Positions 47,203 to 57,457 of a stretch of DNA of 64,000 nucleotides are shown here, one piece after another. The notes below the pieces were generated by a model. That model was not told where the DNA came from, did no database searches, and saw only the letters and a program-made list of their open reading frames with translations. Within the stretch, counting starts at the first letter, position 1, and each line of letters opens with the position of its first letter. Origin of the DNA: a virus; IMG/VR virus record IMGVR_UViG_3300015371_000014, positions 1 through 64,000 of that record; one strand, written 5' to 3'. Made by a program: the position numbers and the translations under genes.

Positions 47203-49223
47203 TGGCAAAGATTCTTCCCAAGGATCCGTTGACACCTGTCAATCCGGTTATCCAGCCAGACCCTCCCCCTCCCTCTGATACCACCTTCCCCAAGGGCAAT
47301 ATCACCACCAAGAACCCTATCAACAACACCGCGTACGGGATTCCCTGGACTCAGGTATCGCGCTGGTTCGAGTTCTTTAAATCCGCAGCGGCAGAGTTTG
47401 GCATCTCCCCACTTGATCTTGCGGCTATGTCTGTGATTGAGAGTAACTCCCAGCACTACACCACTGGCAAGACCACTGGCACCAAGGCCCAAGTCTTGAT
47501 CAGGGGTAATGATGGCTCTGGGGTACCCTCTGTTGGAATGATGCAAGTCAAGCCTCTGTACCATCAGAGTCGTGTCCCCGATGCGGACGCCTATACCCCG
47601 CAGGGAAACCTCCGTATGGCGGCAGCGATTCTGGGTCAGGAAGCGCAGCGGCTGGGGTCGGTGGATCAGGCCATCCTGAAAGCGTATTTCCCAAAGGATG
47701 ATCCCAATGGCACCACGCAAGCTGAATACCTTGAGACGAAAAGGAACCTTGTCAAAGAAATACAGGCTGCTAGCACTCCGACGCCTCCTCCACAACCGCA
47801 GCCTACAGACCCTTACCGGGTTCTGTTCGGCGGCGACTACCCGAAGGTTACATATGGGTTCCTCAGTGACGAGGGATACCCCTACTACGAGTTTGGAGTA
47901 GGCCATGGAACTACGAAGGCAACGCAACATACGGGTGACGATGTCCCCGTCCCGTTTGGAACAACGCTCTACGCCCCAGCAAGCGGTGTTGTCGAGTGTG
48001 TCGGAGAGCGCGGAACTCCCCATTGGGGCCAAGCTTGCGGAGCCTACACAGACACCGGAGATGCCGGTCCCGATGGCAAGATCATCGGCGTCGGGAATAT
48101 CACCATTTATCTTGACTCCGGACATAAACTCACTCTTGGACATTGCCGAACCTGTGACTGGAGCGTGGGTAGCCGGATCGAGAAAGGAGCCAAAATTGGC
48201 TCGTCTGGTGGTCAGAACGGCGCTCACACGCACGTTGAAATATCGGTCGAGCGAGATGGAACGTACTGGCTCATAGATCCTTTCAAGGGTCTGCAAGCCG
48301 CCATGAGCGGCGGGGTGATCGACACCCGGCCCATGGTCTTGTTCGCTGGCGCAACCCGCTCCGTGCCTCTCAGCGTGCCGTACCGGCAGGTACTCCTCCC
48401 ACCCTCCCAGAAGAACCAGCGCCCTGGCATCAGGATGACGCCGAAGAAGTTCATCCAGCACGAGACAGACAACACCAATCCTGGTATGGGCGCTGCCGCT
48501 CATCTGCGCTTTCTCCAGAATGGCGCTCGTGACGATAACGGAAACCCGCAGCAGCTTGGGTTCCACTTTGCCGTGGATGATGTCGAGGTCATCCAGATGA
48601 TCCCTCTCAATGAGGCCACATGGCATGGGGGAGATGGGGGCCAGGGACTTTGTAATCTGCAGACCGTGGCCTGTGAGCTTTGCGTAGAAGACAACAACGT
48701 CAATAAAGTTCAGGCACGCAAGAATGCCGAAGAAGTCGCCGCTGCGGTGATGACGGCGATGGGGATACATGAGATCGAGCAGCACTCCTGGTGCTGTGCG
48801 AACGCGGGATTAGGAGCCGGAAGTGGGTGCCACACCAATTGCCCCAGATTTATCAGAGCCGATAACTACTGGCCGACCTTCCTCGTCAATACCCAGAAGT
48901 GGCTTAACTCAGGCGGAACAGGAACTACTCCAACCTACGCTAACCCTGCTCTTCCTCCTGAATTTACAGGCGATGATGTCACCGTCAACAATGTCCGCTT
49001 CCTCGCCCTGCAGCGAAACTTCGTCGCCAAACAAGATGGCGTCCCGGCTCTCCAGTACGCTGATCTAAAATCCAATCCTGTTCGCGCTCCTCTGATGAAG
49101 GGCGAGAAGTTCACCGCACTGTATCTGATCGTGGTCAACAAAGAGCAGTGGCTGGTGAGTCAGTTTGGTTCGCGCATCCCTGCTAACCTATGCGAGCCTG
49201 CCGTGACGGTCGTAGGGAGCTAA
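47202..49223 (+). CDS. Endolysin: SLT/lysozyme + M23 peptidase + amidase_2 + C-terminal domain
   Basis: IES..GMMQV; HTGDD..HTH; QHET, FHFAVDD, TWHGG, ELC, CP. Confidence 0.9.
   Translation: MAKILPKDPLTPVNPVIQPDPPPPSDTTFPKGNITTKNPINNTAYGIPWTQVSRWFEFFKSAAAEFGISPLDLAAMSVIESNSQHYTTGKTTGTKAQVLIRGNDGSGVPSVGMMQVKPLYHQSRVPDADAYTPQGNLRMAAAILGQEAQRLGSVDQAILKAYFPKDDPNGTTQAEYLETKRNLVKEIQAASTPTPPPQPQPTDPYRVLFGGDYPKVTYGFLSDEGYPYYEFGVGHGTTKATQHTGDDVPVPFGTTLYAPASGVVECVGERGTPHWGQACGAYTDTGDAGPDGKIIGVGNITIYLDSGHKLTLGHCRTCDWSVGSRIEKGAKIGSSGGQNGAHTHVEISVERDGTYWLIDPFKGLQAAMSGGVIDTRPMVLFAGATRSVPLSVPYRQVLLPPSQKNQRPGIRMTPKKFIQHETDNTNPGMGAAAHLRFLQNGARDDNGNPQQLGFHFAVDDVEVIQMIPLNEATWHGGDGGQGLCNLQTVACELCVEDNNVNKVQARKNAEEVAAAVMTAMGIHEIEQHSWCCANAGLGAGSGCHTNCPRFIRADNYWPTFLVNTQKWLNSGGTGTTPTYANPALPPEFTGDDVTVNNVRFLALQRNFVAKQDGVPALQYADLKSNPVRAPLMKGEKFTALYLIVVNKEQWLVSQFGSRIPANLCEPAVTVVGS
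47229..47242. promoter_or_regulatory. Palindrome TTGACACCTGTCAA
   Basis: In the 5' end of the endolysin CDS (LTPVN). Confidence 0.85.
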
Positions 49224-49233
49224 GGAGGTTACG

Positions 49234-49566
49234 ATGGATTCGATTCTTAACCCAGGGTCCACGCCGATTCAGGCGGGATTCCTGCGTGGCATCTTCGCCG
49301 GTCTGTTGCTGGGAGCCGCTGAAGGACTCCGCGAGTACGTCTTCGAGGGATTCACGGTCGATCAGTCAGTAGCAAGGGGCGTCATGGTGGCAATCCCGGT
49401 CTGGCTTGGCCTGCTGGGATATGGCGCGAGTGACCAAGCTCGTGCGAATTCTGGGAAGTCTGCCCCTGCGGACGTGCCGGTCCAGATCGTGTCGCAAGAG
49501 AAGAACATCACCCCAGCGGTGGTGGCACAGGGTCTTTCTACGCCGAATGCCACGACGCAAATCTAG
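49234..49566 (+). CDS. Putative holin
   Basis: Two TM segments after the endolysin; TAAGGAGG RBS. Confidence 0.65.
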   Translation: MDSILNPGSTPIQAGFLRGIFAGLLLGAAEGLREYVFEGFTVDQSVARGVMVAIPVWLGLLGYGASDQARANSGKSAPADVPVQIVSQEKNITPAVVAQGLSTPNATTQI

Positions 49567-49573
49567 GCACGCA

Positions 49574-49612
49574 GAGAGGGGCCGGATGCCGATATGGACC
49601 TAGCCCCTCTTT
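49574..49612 (+). terminator. Hairpin/terminator ending the late operon
   Basis: AGAGGGGC...GCCCCTCT followed by TTT. Confidence 0.45.
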
Positions 49613-49631
49613 TGCCCTCTCGCCCCAGGAA

Positions 49632-49652
49632 GGGGCTGTATTTCGCTTCTAG
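49632..49652 (-). repeat. Dispersed element copy B
   Basis: Reverse complement CTAGAAGCGAAATACAGCCCC. Confidence 0.55.
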
Positions 49653-50310
49653 GGGTATGTATGAGTTACCCGGTGAGTTACCAGACTGAGCTTACGCGTC
49701 CGTATATCGAGATTGCCACCGGGAAGCTGGTGTATCTGGCAGAGGGAGACGCTAGCGCGGGGATTCTGTCGGGCCGGGTTCGTCAGCTTGAGCCGGGAGA
49801 ATCCCCTCCTGCATGGCAAGCTTCTGATCTATCTGGCGAAGATGCCCCGTCCGTTCCTGAAGGCCCCGTAGTTTGAGGAGATAGGCCGTGCCGAACTTCT
49901 GGTCATCGCCATTATCTTCTCTGATGTAACAACGGCCTAGATCTTCCTTGACCTCAACGAATTTCTCTATGCTGCCCAGGGTGATGCCCTGGTTGAGGAG
50001 CGTAGTAAAGAAGTCAAGCTCCATCATCGTGGCCCACTGCAAGATGCGGTGCCATGCGTAGATCGTGCGCTCCTCATCCCCCTGATCCCGCTCTCCAACA
50101 TTCTTGATCGCGGTCAGGATCTCGTTGATCTTTTCGGAGATCTCTAGCGAGAGCGCGGTGATGTCTTGGAGAGTGATGATCTTCTCTGGCTCCACGAGTC
50201 TCTCTCTTTCACAATGGCGCGGGACAACGCCTGACGATCTCCCCCTGCCAGCGCTACGGCTTCCTCGCGGTCGATGATGCCACAGAGAAAGAAGTCTGCC
50301 GCGATCTCGA

Positions 50311-50715
50311 CTACTCCTGCGCTTCTGACAACTGACGGAAATAGCTCCGCAAGTCGCCGGGTACGAGATCGGGGAAGTTCAGGCTCTTCTCTGGGTGTTC
50401 GTGCCACCGTTCTCCCCGTAGTCTGACCTGATCTTGCCATAGCTTCAGCTTGTAGATCTCCATGATCGCGTAGTTGATGTCGTCCTCAACCTCCTCGATC
50501 CGCTGGGCGATCATCTCAGGGAGAGAGAAGACTTCAAAACGCTGTGTCTGCGGCCCCTCAGTGTACTGCTGTGCGCCGACACCCAGGATACGGGAGCGGC
50601 ATTCGTGAACGACCTGTTCGAGCGTTTCTTTGAACTGGAGTTCTGGGAGGGATCCGGTATAGGAGCTTTCCCGCAGGGTTATCTCAACTAAGTTTGCCAG
50701 TCGCTGTGAGTTCAA
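50311..50715 (-). CDS. All-alpha NTP pyrophosphohydrolase-like protein
   Basis: GAQQY..QRFE..EEVEDDINY acidic motif. Confidence 0.45.
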   Translation of the reverse strand: MNSQRLANLVEITLRESSYTGSLPELQFKETLEQVVHECRSRILGVGAQQYTEGPQTQRFEVFSLPEMIAQRIEEVEDDINYAIMEIYKLKLWQDQVRLRGERWHEHPEKSLNFPDLVPGDLRSYFRQLSEAQE

Positions 50716-50717
50716 GG

Positions 50718-50849
50718 TTACTCCTCGTCGTCTTTCTTAGGTTTCTCAAACAGCCCCGCGATCAGCACAATGATGCATACCAGGAACACCATGGCGAGGG
50801 CATCTTGCTGCGAGAATGGCTGATCGAGGAAGATAAACAGTTCGGTCAT
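50718..50849 (-). CDS. 43-aa membrane peptide (not in ORF track)
   Basis: MTELFIFLDQPFSQQDALAMVFLVCIIVLIAGLFEKPKKDDEE; ATGA coupling. Confidence 0.5.
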   Translation of the reverse strand: MTELFIFLDQPFSQQDALAMVFLVCIIVLIAGLFEKPKKDDEE

Positions 50850-51184
50850 CGCTCATGGAGGACGCCCTGAATGACATCCATCATTTTCTCTGGCACTGCC
50901 CAGACATCGAGGTCGAGGTAGTTGTGATCGAAGTACCAGCGAGCGCGATGCTTACAGACCGGATCTTCATGCTCTGCCGCTGGGCAGTCGCAGGTAATGA
51001 CGGGTTTCGATCTCCTGCTAGGGTACACCTCCAGATGATAGAACCGACCGATCAAGGAACCCGATGTCGCTACCCACTCTCCGGTGTAGGGAGATTGATA
51101 GACCCTTACTCCATCGTACAGGGCGCGAGTGAGCGCTTCCTGCCATCTCTCCGGAGTGTCTGGCTTGGTCGGCTTCTCGGTCAT
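50846..51184 (-). CDS. SWIM zinc-finger protein
   Basis: CDC...CKH. Confidence 0.75.
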   Translation of the reverse strand: MTEKPTKPDTPERWQEALTRALYDGVRVYQSPYTGEWVATSGSLIGRFYHLEVYPSRRSKPVITCDCPAAEHEDPVCKHRARWYFDHNYLDLDVWAVPEKMMDVIQGVLHER

Positions 51185-51660
51185 TCTTGACCCCATGCCA
51201 TCACGGCACCACGGAACGGATAGTTGTCGGAAAAGTCTTGCAGTCTAGATTCGTCCCCATCCCACAGGTTGACCCTGCCAGTGACGACATCGATATAGCC
51301 AACGTACCAGGAGTTCCCGTGATCGTAACCGTCCACCCACTTCTCTTGATAGATGCAGATGCCAAGGTTGCCAAGCATGTTCGGCCAGATCCACCATTCG
51401 GGATTGAGCCGGGGATCGTAGAGAGCTTGGCGCATCCAGCCGATGGTTGGTGTAACCCATTCATCTTGATCGCGACGGTAGATCAGGGTGGGCGGGAAAG
51501 TCTCATCCTTCGCTGTCCAACGATGACCCTGATCGAACTCCATATTGGGATCGTACGTCGGGGCTGGGAGTTCGGCCATCTGGCCTGTGTTCTCGATCTC
51601 TTCGTCGGCCAGTTGAAATGCTTGCTTGGCAGCTTCGGGACGAACGATGTGTCGTGTCAT
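51181..51660 (-). CDS. Hypothetical protein
   Basis: Coupled on both sides. Confidence 0.6.
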   Translation of the reverse strand: MTRHIVRPEAAKQAFQLADEEIENTGQMAELPAPTYDPNMEFDQGHRWTAKDETFPPTLIYRRDQDEWVTPTIGWMRQALYDPRLNPEWWIWPNMLGNLGICIYQEKWVDGYDHGNSWYVGYIDVVTGRVNLWDGDESRLQDFSDNYPFRGAVMAWGQE

Positions 51661-52367
51661 GGTGATCCCCTGCCGTTCTTGACGAATGCCTCTGCTACGA
51701 GGGGCCAGTGCCGAAAGAAAGCATCTTCCATCTGTAGGGCGAGTTCCTCGATTTCTGCCATAGGATAGGTAGCGAAGGTGTTCCTGGTGTCATTGACTCG
51801 CAAGGAGAGGAAGTGCATCAGAGAGCGAGGATTGAAGGTGACGTGCATCCTGGTATAGATAGCCACCGGCAGGACGGTACGTGCAACCTCGTTGGCAATT
51901 CCCTCGCCAATCATGGTCTTGTAGCTGTCCCACGCATGGCGATAGGAAACACCCTGGCACACGCCCACGAGATGGTGGTGATACTCAGGCGTTTCTCCCT
52001 GCTCCATTGCGGGACGGGCGGATGTGCCGGTGTTGACGAGTCCTCGTTCAGGACGTGGCACCCAGAAGATTGGTTCGAGTTCGGTGTAGCGGCCAGACAT
52101 CTCATTGATGCTAACGCCGATGCGGTGCCGCACAAGCTCCCGTGCCACGAATATGGGGATGTGTAACCGAAACTGAAGCCAGCCCTGCTCAAAGGGAGAG
52201 CCGTGGCGATGCTTCATTAGGTAGTTGAGGAGTCCAGCTACCCGATTCTCGTCTCGCTGCTCGACATTACCCAATGACACCCATGCTGCTTGAGCAATCG
52301 TTAGGTCACTCCCAGCATGATTGAGCAGGGTAGCGGTGATGTCGGAGGTCAGAATGACACCTGTCAA
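51657..52367 (-). CDS. thyX: FAD-dependent thymidylate synthase
   Basis: HGSPFE, RHRIGVSINEMSGRY, EVARTVLP, NPRSLMHFLSLR; start probably the TTG inside the palindrome. Confidence 0.95.
   Translation of the reverse strand: MTGVILTSDITATLLNHAGSDLTIAQAAWVSLGNVEQRDENRVAGLLNYLMKHRHGSPFEQGWLQFRLHIPIFVARELVRHRIGVSINEMSGRYTELEPIFWVPRPERGLVNTGTSARPAMEQGETPEYHHHLVGVCQGVSYRHAWDSYKTMIGEGIANEVARTVLPVAIYTRMHVTFNPRSLMHFLSLRVNDTRNTFATYPMAEIEELALQMEDAFFRHWPLVAEAFVKNGRGSP
52354..52367. promoter_or_regulatory. Palindrome ATGACACCTGTCAA
   Basis: Contains the TTGA start/stop overlap of thyX and the upstream nuclease. Confidence 0.85.
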
Positions 52368-52771
52368 CGCGTTATCCCCCTCAGAAGCGCAGCCTTGACT
52401 TGTGGATTCGCAGCCTTGAGATCGATCATCTCTCCACCGGCTGGGACTAACCACACGTCACCGACGTAGCGGGTGAAACTCGTATCTTCTTCCACCTTGG
52501 TTTTGAGTTGGCGGGTAATAACACGGAGGTTCCACTCTGACTGGGGTGGTGGAAGGAAATTCTGGAGTGCGAGCATCAACGCGTTAGCCCTGGCCTTTCC
52601 ATCCTCTGTCCAGATTTCTGGCTCCCACAGATCTGCGATGCGGATGTTCGTCTTGTGCCGACCATCCATACCGTTGTCGGTTAGCACCACAATCGTGTCA
52701 GCGTCGTGGACACGAATCAGACTGGCGCGAAAATGCCACAGATACTCGCGGTCCCACTCTTTCGCATTCAC
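52364..52771 (-). CDS. Thermonuclease (SNase)-like protein
   Basis: RVHDADTI, IRIADLWEPE, FTRYVGDV. Confidence 0.75.
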   Translation of the reverse strand: MNAKEWDREYLWHFRASLIRVHDADTIVVLTDNGMDGRHKTNIRIADLWEPEIWTEDGKARANALMLALQNFLPPPQSEWNLRVITRQLKTKVEEDTSFTRYVGDVWLVPAGGEMIDLKAANPQVKAALLRGITR

Positions 52772-53133
52772 GTCACTTCCTCCACATGCTTGTTGTAGCC
52801 AAGACCAGAGTCAGCCCACTTTCGTTGCAGGTTGATCTGGTGCTTGTCATACAGGCATTGCGCTACGTCAATCCCTGTAGCATCAGCGATGGCGTAGAGG
52901 AGCATCAGGTTATCCGCGATCTCCATGGCGAGCTTCGTTGTATGGACATCGCTTTCCCAGGGAATACGGTTCCAGGCTGCAAAGGCTTGGTCGAGTTCCT
53001 GGCGTTCCTCTTGCATATGGTTGATGATGCGCTGTGGTTCAGCCATCTGTTGTGGGAATGTTTCCCGGCACCATGCCTGAATCTCTTGGATCAGAGCTTT
53101 GTTGAACCAGTCTATTTTTATCAGGTCATTCAT
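52768..53133 (-). CDS. MazG-like nucleotide pyrophosphohydrolase
   Basis: EERQEL...EIAD...K..IN..RKW. Confidence 0.8.
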   Translation of the reverse strand: MNDLIKIDWFNKALIQEIQAWCRETFPQQMAEPQRIINHMQEERQELDQAFAAWNRIPWESDVHTTKLAMEIADNLMLLYAIADATGIDVAQCLYDKHQINLQRKWADSGLGYNKHVEEVT

Positions 53134-53821
53134 CGTCCCACTCCATACCCTCAACGACGTGCCAGACATCTCCCTCCGAAACAGAGTATCCGTGGATCAC
53201 GCAGTCGTTAATCTGATTGCAAAGAAAGGCTTCGATAGTACCCCTTGCCTCTCCCCTCATCAGGCCGTGCAAGACATCCATCTCATCAGTCTCATCGGTG
53301 ACCTTGACCTTGATCATAAGGACGTGTTCCCTGGACATCACCCTTCCCCTCTCCATATGCGCTCATACACCTCAATGGTGATCGGAAGAAGATTGGTGAC
53401 AGAGAGGAACTCATTCACCATAGTGATAAAGTCGTCCCGGCTTTCGTAGTCCTGAACAGACACTCCCTTCCCACCTGGGCATATCGCAATCCACTTTGGG
53501 GATGGACACATCTTGATAGCATCGGGGAGCTTCTCTGGTGGAGTCATAATCCCTTTCAACGCTACCCCTCTCCGATCTGTTCGAGGAATCTCTGCACCGC
53601 TTTGAAGCGTGTCTCAGCCTTACCCTCCACGGTAGGATCTTTAGGGTTGTAGGCTCGCCAGCGCTTATCGGCTTGACATTCCGCCGCGCAGAGGATGTTG
53701 GTCTTGGAGCGTGCTTTGTCTTCTTTGCTACGGTAGACCAGATAGGTGTTGGTGACGTACGCCGCTGGAACGTAATAGAAGTTGTCCTCGACCTTTCTCC
53801 CGCGCAGACCAACGTTCGCCA

Positions 53822-54130
53822 TTAAAACCTCCTCCCTCTCTTTCGTCCTGGCCGGTTGTGCTTCTTTCCGCTTTTTTTCCTGGCAACACTACGCAAGGCA
53901 TACATGGTTCGCTGATCGACAAAGACGGAGGTGATCTCGCGTGGGGATCGATGCTTGCGCTTGATGTCCAGGTAGTCGGCAATGGAGATTGGCGCGTTGT
54001 TCTCGATACCCTCTGCGATGCCGCGACCGAACGCCTCTCCTGCCGGGACATGCTCAGAGTTGGATGATTGTTCTCCTCGCGCTAAAACGCGCTTCTTCGC
54101 TTTCTCCATCAGTTCATCGAGTTCTGACAC
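53822..54130 (-). CDS. Hypothetical protein with basic C-terminus
   Basis: GTG start within the palindrome. Confidence 0.55.
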   Translation of the reverse strand: MSELDELMEKAKKRVLARGEQSSNSEHVPAGEAFGRGIAEGIENNAPISIADYLDIKRKHRSPREITSVFVDQRTMYALRSVARKKSGKKHNRPGRKRGRRF

Positions 54131-54137
54131 CTGTCAA
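54124..54137. promoter_or_regulatory. Palindrome CTGACACCTGTCAA
   Basis: Contains the minus-strand GTG start at 54130. Confidence 0.85.
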
Positions 54138-54152
54138 TTCCTTCCGTGCCTC

Positions 54153-54578
54153 CTAGGGGCCTTTTTGCGCGTTTGGGGGGCATATGGCGGCAACGTAGTG
54201 TTGCGCTCCTGCCATCGTGACTTCCTTGGATATTCCCTCAGGGCCAGGAAGGGCTGGCTTGTACACCCCACAGGTCGAGAGATACCCATACACATAGCCA
54301 GTGACGTAGTACGGTTTGGTTGGCTCTGGGATCGGTTCAAAGCTGAGTGGGGTAGGGGTGACCAGGAACTCTATCGATACCGGCGTGGCGTGAGTCCGTA
54401 TCGGAATCGGCACCACCGGCTCTGCGGTGACACGAAAGATCATGATCGCCCCTACCGCTAGCATTACCGCGATCATCAGGAACGCCAGAATGATCAGCAG
54501 TCTGTCTTGTATCTCAGAACGGGGGGTAGGGGAGAAACTCTTCGGGTTCGTTCTGTTTTTGGGTGTCTCCAGTGACAT
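54153..54578 (-). CDS. Single-pass membrane protein
   Basis: Hydrophobic LLIILAFLMIAVMLAVGAIMIF. Confidence 0.55.
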   Translation of the reverse strand: MSLETPKNRTNPKSFSPTPRSEIQDRLLIILAFLMIAVMLAVGAIMIFRVTAEPVVPIPIRTHATPVSIEFLVTPTPLSFEPIPEPTKPYYVTGYVYGYLSTCGVYKPALPGPEGISKEVTMAGAQHYVAAICPPNAQKGP

Positions 54579-54990
54579 CGTACTCCCCTAGCTGCAAGGC
54601 GAGATAACGGAAGTTGGCTGGCGAGAACCCCGTTGAGCTAGGGGTGATGAACATCACCAGGGCCAGGGCGCCGATAGGACAGTGATCGTATCCCAGGATG
54701 GTGCCAACGTCTCCAGCGGTGATCCCGAACCGGCTAACGTGTGAAACAACCTGAGTGCCTACCGGCAGATCCTTCAGGCATCCCTTGCCCTGCGTCTCGT
54801 CATAGGACATGTCAAAGACGATGACGGCACGATTCCCCATGTCGGGATTGAAGTGGAACTGCACCTCCGCGTTGTCAAGCGTGGAGAGTGCCTCGTTGAC
54901 TGCCAGGAAGAACTTATCTTCGCTGTCTACCGCATTCTCTGGGTAGTTGTAGCTCTGCCGCACGACCATGGTTTGCTTGACGGTTTTCAC
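54514..54990 (-). CDS. Hypothetical protein
   Basis: AAGGAGG RBS downstream of the promoter at 55029-55057. Confidence 0.65.
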   Translation of the reverse strand: MKTVKQTMVVRQSYNYPENAVDSEDKFFLAVNEALSTLDNAEVQFHFNPDMGNRAVIVFDMSYDETQGKGCLKDLPVGTQVVSHVSRFGITAGDVGTILGYDHCPIGALALVMFITPSSTGFSPANFRYLALQLGEYDVTGDTQKQNEPEEFLPYPPF

Positions 54991-55028
54991 TGATTCCTCC
55001 TTGAGACTCCCTCGCTGCTAATGGAACA

Positions 55029-55057
55029 ACCTTACCACAACGTCTACTCTTTGTCAA
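55029..55057 (-). promoter_or_regulatory. Sigma70-type promoter
   Basis: TTGACA-17-TAAGGT with TG extension. Confidence 0.7.
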
Positions 55058-55282
55058 GCACCTCCTCGTCATCCTGTAACCAGACCAGGAACTCCCATTC
55101 TTCCTGCTTGATCTTGCCTTGCTCGATCCAGTCGGCCAGATAACCGATGGCTGGTCCCGCATTCACGATACTGAGTCTGGCGATGCTGGGCATCTTGGGG
55201 GAGTGTTTATCCATCAGTCGCTGCATCTGCCTGACACAGGACGCGGCCAGCTTGCGGCGTACCTCCTGCCGTTCGGCCCGAC

Positions 55283-55717
55283 TCAGTACACCTTCCCCAG
55301 CGCCTCCTGTTTCAGGCTCTCCTGGGGCCGCACGGTCTTGACGATCTTGATCCACTCCGGACTTCCCTTGTGAACGAGCCATGTCTTTCGATGCTCCACC
55401 TTCTGCAAGTCAACCGCGATGGCGTACTGCTCCTTGGTAATCTTCGCGGTCATGCGTGTGCTGAGGTTTGCCCCGAAATCCAGTGCGGCAGAACCAAATC
55501 CTCGCCCTGGCATGACCTTGACCGTAACGGCGATATCAGGGAACCGGCGTTGCAGGCGCTGTCGCCATATATCCGCAAACTTGATCGCACTGACCAGGGG
55601 GTCACACCCCTCAGGACATGGTTCCATATCCCACAGAAGTTCCTGGGGCAGGGTGATCGTGGCCGTTCGCTGTTCCAGTGGCTTGAGATGCTCTGAGAGA
55701 TCGATGACCTTTCCCAC
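55283..55717 (-). CDS. Hypothetical protein
   Basis: GTG 55717 after AAGGAG. Confidence 0.55.
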   Translation of the reverse strand: MGKVIDLSEHLKPLEQRTATITLPQELLWDMEPCPEGCDPLVSAIKFADIWRQRLQRRFPDIAVTVKVMPGRGFGSAALDFGANLSTRMTAKITKEQYAIAVDLQKVEHRKTWLVHKGSPEWIKIVKTVRPQESLKQEALGKVY

Positions 55718-55986
55718 GTTTTCGCTCCTTCTTGCTTCCACGCTGCTTGTACGGTGGGTCGCAGAGTTCGTCCAGGGTGAAGTGGGCGACGAAAGTCTTG
55801 TTCTCCTTCGTTGGCTTCCACGCCTCAACGTCATAGTAGAGGGCGACCGAATTACCAATATGAACACTGTAACCAATCACCCTGAGATTGATTTCTTCTG
55901 CCCAGGCGAAGATTCCTTCTCCCCTCCTCCGTGTTGTACGAACCTTATCGCCAATGATGTAGTGAAACTCCAGGGTGAGCGTTTCC

Positions 55987-56334
55987 TTAGGTGCTGTTAA
56001 TTCTTTCCTCTGGGCGGCTAACAATGAGCTTTCCTTCCGCAATATGGTCAATCAGCTGACCAACTGATCCCTGACCCGCTGTGTCTCCTGACTTCAGGAA
56101 GAGCTTATGAGCGGCAGCGATCTCCATCGCTTTTTCCCAGAGTCCTGGGGTGACGTAGATCACTCGCTGTTCCTTGTTGCCGACTGACTTCGGTACGTAG
56201 CCGATGATCTGCGAGACACGCTGCCGACTCACTCCGTACTTACGGGCAATGGCGGAACGAGTCCACCCCTGATCAATCAGCCCTAGCCATGTCCGTTCAA
56301 CGTTAGGATCCTCGATCTTTCTCTCGATTGGCAT
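55987..56334 (-). CDS. HTH DNA-binding protein
   Basis: GWTRSAIARKYGVSRQRVSQII. Confidence 0.8.
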   Translation of the reverse strand: MPIERKIEDPNVERTWLGLIDQGWTRSAIARKYGVSRQRVSQIIGYVPKSVGNKEQRVIYVTPGLWEKAMEIAAAHKLFLKSGDTAGQGSVGQLIDHIAEGKLIVSRPEERINST

Positions 56335-56343
56335 AGTCCCTCC

Positions 56344-56673
56344 TCATGCCAGTAGTTCCAACATTCTGGCCCAGTCATCAGGGTTGGGACGCAAGACGTA
56401 GACGAAAACGCCGAACCAGTGTGCGTTCTGGTGCCACCTCAATTGGGCGGCACTAAGCTCAGATCCCTTCTTCATGGTCTTGAGTTCGATCAGGCGATAC
56501 TGATCACCACGGAACATCAGTAGATCGGGGATGCCCTTCTTGTTGCCGATCATGTTCCGGATATGCTCCACCATCCATCCGTAGTGACCAGCCGACTGAA
56601 TCACGGCTTGTTGCCACTGTCCCTCTGTGTACTTCTCCAGGTTGACGGGGCACTCTAGGGTGACTGGTGGCAT
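56344..56673 (-). CDS. VRR-NUC domain nuclease
   Basis: GIPDL...IELK...LSAAQLRW. Confidence 0.85.
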   Translation of the reverse strand: MPPVTLECPVNLEKYTEGQWQQAVIQSAGHYGWMVEHIRNMIGNKKGIPDLLMFRGDQYRLIELKTMKKGSELSAAQLRWHQNAHWFGVFVYVLRPNPDDWARMLELLA

Positions 56674-57192
56674 GGTTCCCTCAGAAGACTTTCTTGCCGC
56701 CAGAGATCGTGTCTGGAATAGGAGATCTTATTTGGGGGAGGGCACCCCTGGCGAGGAGGGAACTTGACCACGACGATCATGTACTGCCCTTCTCCACGCA
56801 CCTCAACCACCGTGCCGATATGGCCGCGCCGGTATTCAGGGTAGGTATGGTCAAGGGGAGCGACTTCATCCCCGACGCTATACGTCTTCTCCACGAGCCA
56901 TCTTCTCCCGCTTCTCTTTGATCTTCTCTCCGATCTCCCTCACACTGACCTCGACCGCATTGAGTTGCTTCTTGATTTTGACGGCCCGTTTGTGCTTGTT
57001 CGGGGTGAGATCGTAATGCTCAGTCGCTTTGCCCAGATCCTGCACCCATTCGGGTTTGAGGGCGAGGTACCAGCGAGCATTCCAAAGCTCGTCATGCGTG
57101 TCGCACATCAGGTACGACGACTGATCGTACGGCCACTCCTTCGTGTGTTCGCATGCCGTCAAGTTCGAGATATAACAGGGCATTGTTTCTCC

Positions 57193-57444
57193 TTAGCGCG
57201 GATCGAGGTTGAGTGCGGCCATGATTGCCGCATCGATCACCGTAGCCAGGAAGTCAGCTTCGCGAAGCCTCTTCCTGGCTTGCTCCGCATTCGTTTCATT
57301 TCGGACTGCTACCCAGCGCAGGACGTTGGCAGCAGCGGTGTCTGCTTCGTCTCGTGCCTGCCGGTAATCTTGCTGGAGTCGATAGACCACATCCTCCACG
57401 ATCAGGTGCTTTCTCTCTACGTCCAGGGTGTTGACAGTATCCAT
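57193..57444 (-). CDS. Hypothetical protein
   Basis: GGGAG RBS. Confidence 0.55.
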   Translation of the reverse strand: MDTVNTLDVERKHLIVEDVVYRLQQDYRQARDEADTAAANVLRWVAVRNETNAEQARKRLREADFLATVIDAAIMAALNLDPR

Positions 57445-57457
57445 GAGACTCCCTTTC

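Noticed and set aside
47196-48785. Long antisense ORFs (529 aa here; also 19774-20862, 9383-10360, 11654-12562)
   Set aside because: Shadows of GC-rich real genes on the opposite strand, with no motifs.
49662-49695. Short direct repeats TGAGTTACC as origin iterons
   Set aside because: Only two exact 9-mers, inside a plausible small ORF; too weak.
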